DNA of 64,000 bases. Source: Thermoplasmatota archaeon (lineage in GTDB: Archaea; Thermoplasmatota; Thermoplasmata; Thermoplasmatales; GCA-001856825). Where the stretch lies: positions 344 to 64,343 of the forward strand of contig JAMCUN010000012.1 of assembly GCA_023381415.1 (NCBI GenBank), in the 5' to 3' direction. A program made the position numbers and the translations under genes. Below the pieces are notes generated by a model, which worked only from the letters and a program-made list of their open reading frames with translations, was not told where the DNA came from and ran no database searches. Of the stretch, positions 59,973 through 64,000 are shown piece by piece; position 1 is the first letter of the stretch; each line of letters begins with the position of its first letter.

Positions 59973-60368
59973 TCAGCCAAACCCAACAACATCCTTCTTC
60001 TTTTGCAAAGTCGGCATCGGGATTGGCGGAGGGAGGCGGAGTTCGCGGGCCAAGAGGATAGTCTCAATTATTGATGAAGAGAATATCGCCGTCTGGACTT
60101 CATTTGCAACCGTTTCAGGAAGCGACTTGTCTTTCCTCCATCTGGATTCTATATCCTCGCTTCCCTGGTATAGCAGGGTTCCCTCAAGTGAAATTCCACC
60201 AAGGCTTGAAAAGGAAGAAGTGAATTTGTATATTATCCTCGAGAATTCGCCTTCCTTCTTAACATCTGCAATAGTGAGATTCTGGTCTATTCTAACTTCC
60301 TGCGGCCTCGTGTCTATCGGAGCGTATCTCCTACCTTCTATCGAAGTGATTTCTAGGTCCTTTATCAC
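59973..60368 (-). CDS. Conserved archaeal hypothetical protein
   Basis: 131 aa ending ARELRLPPPIPMP, a pattern seen in euryarchaeal hypothetical proteins. Confidence 0.7.
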   Translation of the reverse strand: MIKDLEITSIEGRRYAPIDTRPQEVRIDQNLTIADVKKEGEFSRIIYKFTSSFSSLGGISLEGTLLYQGSEDIESRWRKDKSLPETVANEVQTAIFSSSIIETILLARELRLPPPIPMPTLQKKKDVVGFG

Positions 60369-60421
60369 GCAACGTCAGTATAATTTGGATTAATTCCTTT
60401 TCCTAGCAATCTGCACCGCCT

Positions 60422-61174
60422 TCACTTCTTTGAAGGAGACCTTGATTGGGCTCTGGACCTGAGATATTCTCTGTAGAATGCAGGTAAGGTCTCGTATTCT
60501 AAAGGGTCTTCAGAACCGGCTTCCATGAAACCTTTCAACCTGAGTTTGCACGATTCGCACACTCCGCACGCCTTCTTTCCTCCCATGTAGCAAGACCAAG
60601 TAAGTTCAAGAGGCGTTCCTAGCTTGATGGCTAGCTTCACTATATCCGCCTTGGAATATTTCAGGAGAGGAGCTTCCACCTCAATGTGCCCTCCCTCAAC
60701 AGTCTTCTTTGTTGCAAGGCTGAAAGTTTTATTGATAGAACGGAAGTATTCTGGTCTGCAATCAGGATACCCTGAGTAATCCAGTGCATTTGCTCCTATG
60801 AATATCTTCGAGGCATCTGTCACTTCTGCCAGGCCCAGAGCCATAGAGAGCAGTATCGTATTCCTCGCGGGAACGTATGTTATTGGGATTTTATTCCCTA
60901 TATCTTTTAGAGGAGTATCCGGTACAGCCATGTCATCGGTGAGGGCGCTTCCGCCTATAGCCCTAAGATCTATTTTCATTATTTTGTGCTCTACCCCATA
61001 ATGCTTTGCCACCCTCGTCGCAGATCTAAGCTCCTTTTTGTGCCTCTGTCCATAATCGAACGACAATGCCACTACCTTGTACCCCTTGGAGAGGGCAAGG
61101 GAAAGCAGTGTTGAACTGTCCAGTCCCCCAGATAGAAGACTAACGGCCCTAATGTTTCCACGTTGACTTTGCAT
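60422..61174 (-). CDS. queC: 7-cyano-7-deazaguanine synthase
   Basis: LSGGLDS, FDYGQRH, VPARN, YPDCR, TWSCY..CG.CESC; start uncertain. Confidence 0.96.
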   Translation of the reverse strand: MQSQRGNIRAVSLLSGGLDSSTLLSLALSKGYKVVALSFDYGQRHKKELRSATRVAKHYGVEHKIMKIDLRAIGGSALTDDMAVPDTPLKDIGNKIPITYVPARNTILLSMALGLAEVTDASKIFIGANALDYSGYPDCRPEYFRSINKTFSLATKKTVEGGHIEVEAPLLKYSKADIVKLAIKLGTPLELTWSCYMGGKKACGVCESCKLRLKGFMEAGSEDPLEYETLPAFYREYLRSRAQSRSPSKK

Positions 61175-61616
61175 ATTGACCTGGTCCCTCATGGACTTCA
61201 ACCTCCACCCCTTCCACCTTTTGTTCGAGAGATTTCACGAACTTTTCAAGTATGTATTCGCTAAGGCACTCTGCAGTTGTGTCCTTGACGGGGATGACCC
61301 TAGTTTCATCCAGCGGGAAGGTATAGGACTTCCCTTCTAGGTCCACTTTCAAGTAGCCTCCCTTTTCCTCGAGGACGATTCCCCTTCTGTTTCCTGGGAT
61401 TAGAACCCTATGGTCCAGGAAATCTGCTATCTCCTTCAGGTTAGATTTTGCCTTGGAAAAATCCAGGAAATAGGAGTCTCCGTTAAGCGACCCGATGATT
61501 CTTACGGATATAGAGTAGTCGTGGCCGTGAATTCTAGAACACTTCCAGTCTCCAGGTATGAAATGAGCCGAGGAGAACCTGATGTTTGAATAATTACCAT
61601 CTATGAATATTTCCAC
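61149..61616 (-). CDS. queD: 6-carboxytetrahydropterin synthase
   Basis: FSSAH, CSRIHGHDY, LDH, TTAE. Confidence 0.93.
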   Translation of the reverse strand: MEIFIDGNYSNIRFSSAHFIPGDWKCSRIHGHDYSISVRIIGSLNGDSYFLDFSKAKSNLKEIADFLDHRVLIPGNRRGIVLEEKGGYLKVDLEGKSYTFPLDETRVIPVKDTTAECLSEYILEKFVKSLEQKVEGVEVEVHEGPGQYAKSTWKH

Positions 61617-62004
61617 GGAACTGTATCAATATTCGCACAAAAATCCTTTTGGAAAATTATAGGAAGTATCATTAGCACTTACAAGGAGATTGAATGATCA
61701 AATCCCGCATTATAATGAGTTTTGAAATGGGAGAGCAGAATTTCGATACGGGAGTGGCGTAATCAATGCGAATGATACAGGGCAAAATGATTGATGAGTT
61801 GAACATCCCCTTTCTTGGATAAACGAATTGATCATTGCGGACGCAACGTGACAAAGACCAGACCTCACAAGGAAACTTGTTAGCTTTGCAGCAGTTGGTT
61901 CCGCCGAAGTATTTTCCTCAAAATGAAAAGATAGTCAATGAGAAAACTTCATGGACCAAATCTAGAGGCGAATTGGGAAAGGCTGGCCACCATTCTGTAA
62001 AGGG

Positions 62005-63669
62005 CTACCTACCAGTCACATTCTGGAAGTCAAAGAATTCAGGCTCTGAGTGGTCACCCAGGGGAGGTATAAGAAGAACGCTAGTCCCTGCAGGAATGTC
62101 GTCCTTCCTGTCCCTGAACGCGGATAGGATCAACTTCGGGAAGAAGCTCATTTTCTCCCTTATTCTCTCCTTTCTCTCAAAATCAGAGTACTCGCACTCC
62201 ACTGCGATCAACTCTTCTCCCTTCTTGATGACGAGGTCCGGGCGGTGGCCATCATAGTCTATTCCCTCGTACACTTCATACCCCATCTTCTTGAAGAAGA
62301 AATATGACCTTGTTATGAGATACCTGTGGAACACAGACTCCTTCCCTCTCTTTGATCTAGAACCTATCTTCTGAAAGTATTCGTTCTCCAGGTGCACATT
62401 TCCGTCAACAACAGTCGCAAGTCCCAAGGATATTAGGTGGCTCAGCCTGGCAGGATCAATATTCTCTGGAACATCCTGATCTAAGGGTTCTTCGTCGTTT
62501 CCAAAATCATAGAAATCCCTGGATACTGAGAATTCCCTTGTTCGGGAAGCCAGTAAAGTTGAACCTGAAAATATGCTGTCGGTCCTTGGTACCAGGCAAT
62601 TGAAGTGATGAAATTCAGGGTTCTTCAATGGTTTACCATCTCTTCTGAACAGGTTGGCGTCTTCATTTGAGAGTTGAAAGAGGAAGAAGTTGTGCACGTT
62701 TGTCCTTATAGCTGATGCAAGCGATTGGTCAAGCCCGAATAGCGACTGGGTTGCCATTACGGCCCATATAGAAAATTTCCTCCCTTCAGTAACTATTTTC
62801 TGGGATATATGGGGAGAAACGGTCTGGAATTCGTCCATGATCAGGACGACGTCCTTCATCCTCCTCAGGATTACATTGTTCCATATCTTGTACAGGAGCA
62901 TGATTGAAAAAGGCCTGGAGAGGGACTGGGGCGAGTGTTCCCCTGACAGCTCTACGTACAATGTCCCCTTAAGCTTCGATATATCAAAGAAATCCTCCCT
63001 TGAAGAAAACAGGTTCCTGGAGACGTCGCTGGATATGAGTGGAATTATCTTGTTCACCGTAGATGAGATGAAATCATATCCTTGATTGAATATAGAATAG
63101 AACTCATTCCTTTCCTCTGGCTCGAGAGAGACGGCAAAGTCCTTCCTCTTGTGGAAATCAAGGAGAATATCTGACAGGTCCTTGATTGTGGGATTTATCT
63201 TGTATTTCAGCAAAAGGCGAGTCATCACGGTGAATATCAGTTCAATCCTTGGCCCCCATGTTCCTATAGAAAATGCCGACTCGCTGGAGAATATATCCTT
63301 TAAAGTCTGAACCACTAGCTCCTCATTTATCAGTTTCTCACGGTGGTTTTGGAACGGCATAACAGACATCATGTTGAACCTTAGATAACCCGTCTCCTCC
63401 CCTGAGAAGGGCGAAAGGGTGATGATCGAAGAACTCTTGCTCCCAAATTTCCACAGTTCGCCATGCGGATCAAATACCACCACAGTCTTCCCCGTCTCTT
63501 CGTATAGGCGAATCAGTTGTACCAACAGATTTGATTTCCCCGTTCCCGTCTTTCCGAGGACAAGTGAGTGGTTCTCGAGGAATTCATCAGGGAACAGTAG
63601 TCTCTTCTCCTTCAATGGGAAGTGAAGCCCCTTCTCATAAGGCCAGTAATCCATCCCTTCCGCCTCCAT
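62005..63669 (-). CDS. HerA/VirB4-like (DUF87) ATPase with C-terminal PD-(D/E)xK-like domain
   Basis: Walker A GKTGTGKS, DPHGE, Walker B MDEFQ, EGRKF..ATQS; C-terminal H..GY.V..RPDLV..IAVECE. Confidence 0.85.
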   Translation of the reverse strand: MEAEGMDYWPYEKGLHFPLKEKRLLFPDEFLENHSLVLGKTGTGKSNLLVQLIRLYEETGKTVVVFDPHGELWKFGSKSSSIITLSPFSGEETGYLRFNMMSVMPFQNHREKLINEELVVQTLKDIFSSESAFSIGTWGPRIELIFTVMTRLLLKYKINPTIKDLSDILLDFHKRKDFAVSLEPEERNEFYSIFNQGYDFISSTVNKIIPLISSDVSRNLFSSREDFFDISKLKGTLYVELSGEHSPQSLSRPFSIMLLYKIWNNVILRRMKDVVLIMDEFQTVSPHISQKIVTEGRKFSIWAVMATQSLFGLDQSLASAIRTNVHNFFLFQLSNEDANLFRRDGKPLKNPEFHHFNCLVPRTDSIFSGSTLLASRTREFSVSRDFYDFGNDEEPLDQDVPENIDPARLSHLISLGLATVVDGNVHLENEYFQKIGSRSKRGKESVFHRYLITRSYFFFKKMGYEVYEGIDYDGHRPDLVIKKGEELIAVECEYSDFERKERIREKMSFFPKLILSAFRDRKDDIPAGTSVLLIPPLGDHSEPEFFDFQNVTGR

Positions 63670-64000
63670 TTATCAGTGAAGACAGCTCAAATGCCGTCAA
63701 TATGAGTGGATTTCTCCTCTCAAATGTGAGGCATTGCATGCCATTTCTGCTTGAGTAGTCCCTTACCAGAACTGGAGAGAATAATTTCACTCTGTACAGA
63801 ACTCTCCCGTTCTTAGCTCCAAGTTGTCTTCTCCTCAAAGGATTGAAGGTTGAATACCTCTCTACCTTGACGCCAAGGATATCTCCATCCAAAAGGATGA
63901 GCGGTGTTTCCAGCAGAAAGGGGAAAACAGAATCGAGAGCGTATTTCGGCTTGTTGAAGAGGAATATGTTCTCCCTCCACTCGGAGTCGAGATAGACGTT
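63635..64000 (-). CDS. Hypothetical protein, 5' part outside window, overlapping the ATPase start
   Basis: Frame remains open from 63892 to the window end. Confidence 0.6.
   Translation of the reverse strand, partial: NVYLDSEWRENIFLFNKPKYALDSVFPFLLETPLILLDGDILGVKVERYSTFNPLRRRQLGAKNGRVLYRVKLFSPVLVRDYSSRNGMQCLTFERRNPLILTAFELSSLINGGGRDGLLAL

Noticed and set aside
60422..61616. queC-queD as part of a dpd DNA-modification or Qat defence cluster
   Set aside because: No dpdA or qat genes nearby; canonical sequences fit archaeosine precursor synthesis
61672..62257. ORFs 61672-61854(-) and 61835-62257(+), or a C/D-box sRNA in this gap
   Set aside because: No motifs; the longer ORF is largely antisense to the ATPase; no convincing C and D box pair
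1..64000. CRISPR array, cas genes, transposases or integrases
   Set aside because: No regularly spaced repeats and no ORF with recognisable Cas, transposase or recombinase motifs

Overview
Archaeal chromosomal DNA, most likely Thermoplasmatota (TBP, TFS, RFC-L, PriL, TiaS, S8e, SRP19, 7S SRP RNA, tetraether synthase, Thermoplasma-type zinc ferredoxin). The housekeeping backbone is interrupted by two visibly more AT-rich accessory blocks, each lying at the 3' end of a tRNA. (1) After tRNA-Ala(CGC), ~5.5-10.9 kb: TetR + hydrolase, an HxlR / HMA / merA mercury-resistance module, DUF1801 and a methyltransferase. (2) Between icd and an intron-containing tRNA-Ser(GGA), ~31.5-44.2 kb: a decayed lactate-2-monooxygenase-like pseudogene, a PP2C phosphatase, a GNAT, an SDR and two tandem ~1230-aa Hanks kinase-STAND NTPase-TPR-like (NLR-like) proteins flanking a small GYD-domain gene. 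Block 2 is the best candidate for an undescribed signalling or immunity system. Other oddities: prpB is cut by a 28-bp inverted copy of its own sequence, a long NfeD has His at the catalytic Lys position, the isocitrate dehydrogenase is type II, there is an orphan ArcE-like protein, and a HerA/VirB4-like ATPase carries a C-terminal PD-(D/E)xK-like domain. No CRISPR array, integrase or transposase was seen. All calls are from motif recognition; no searches were run.
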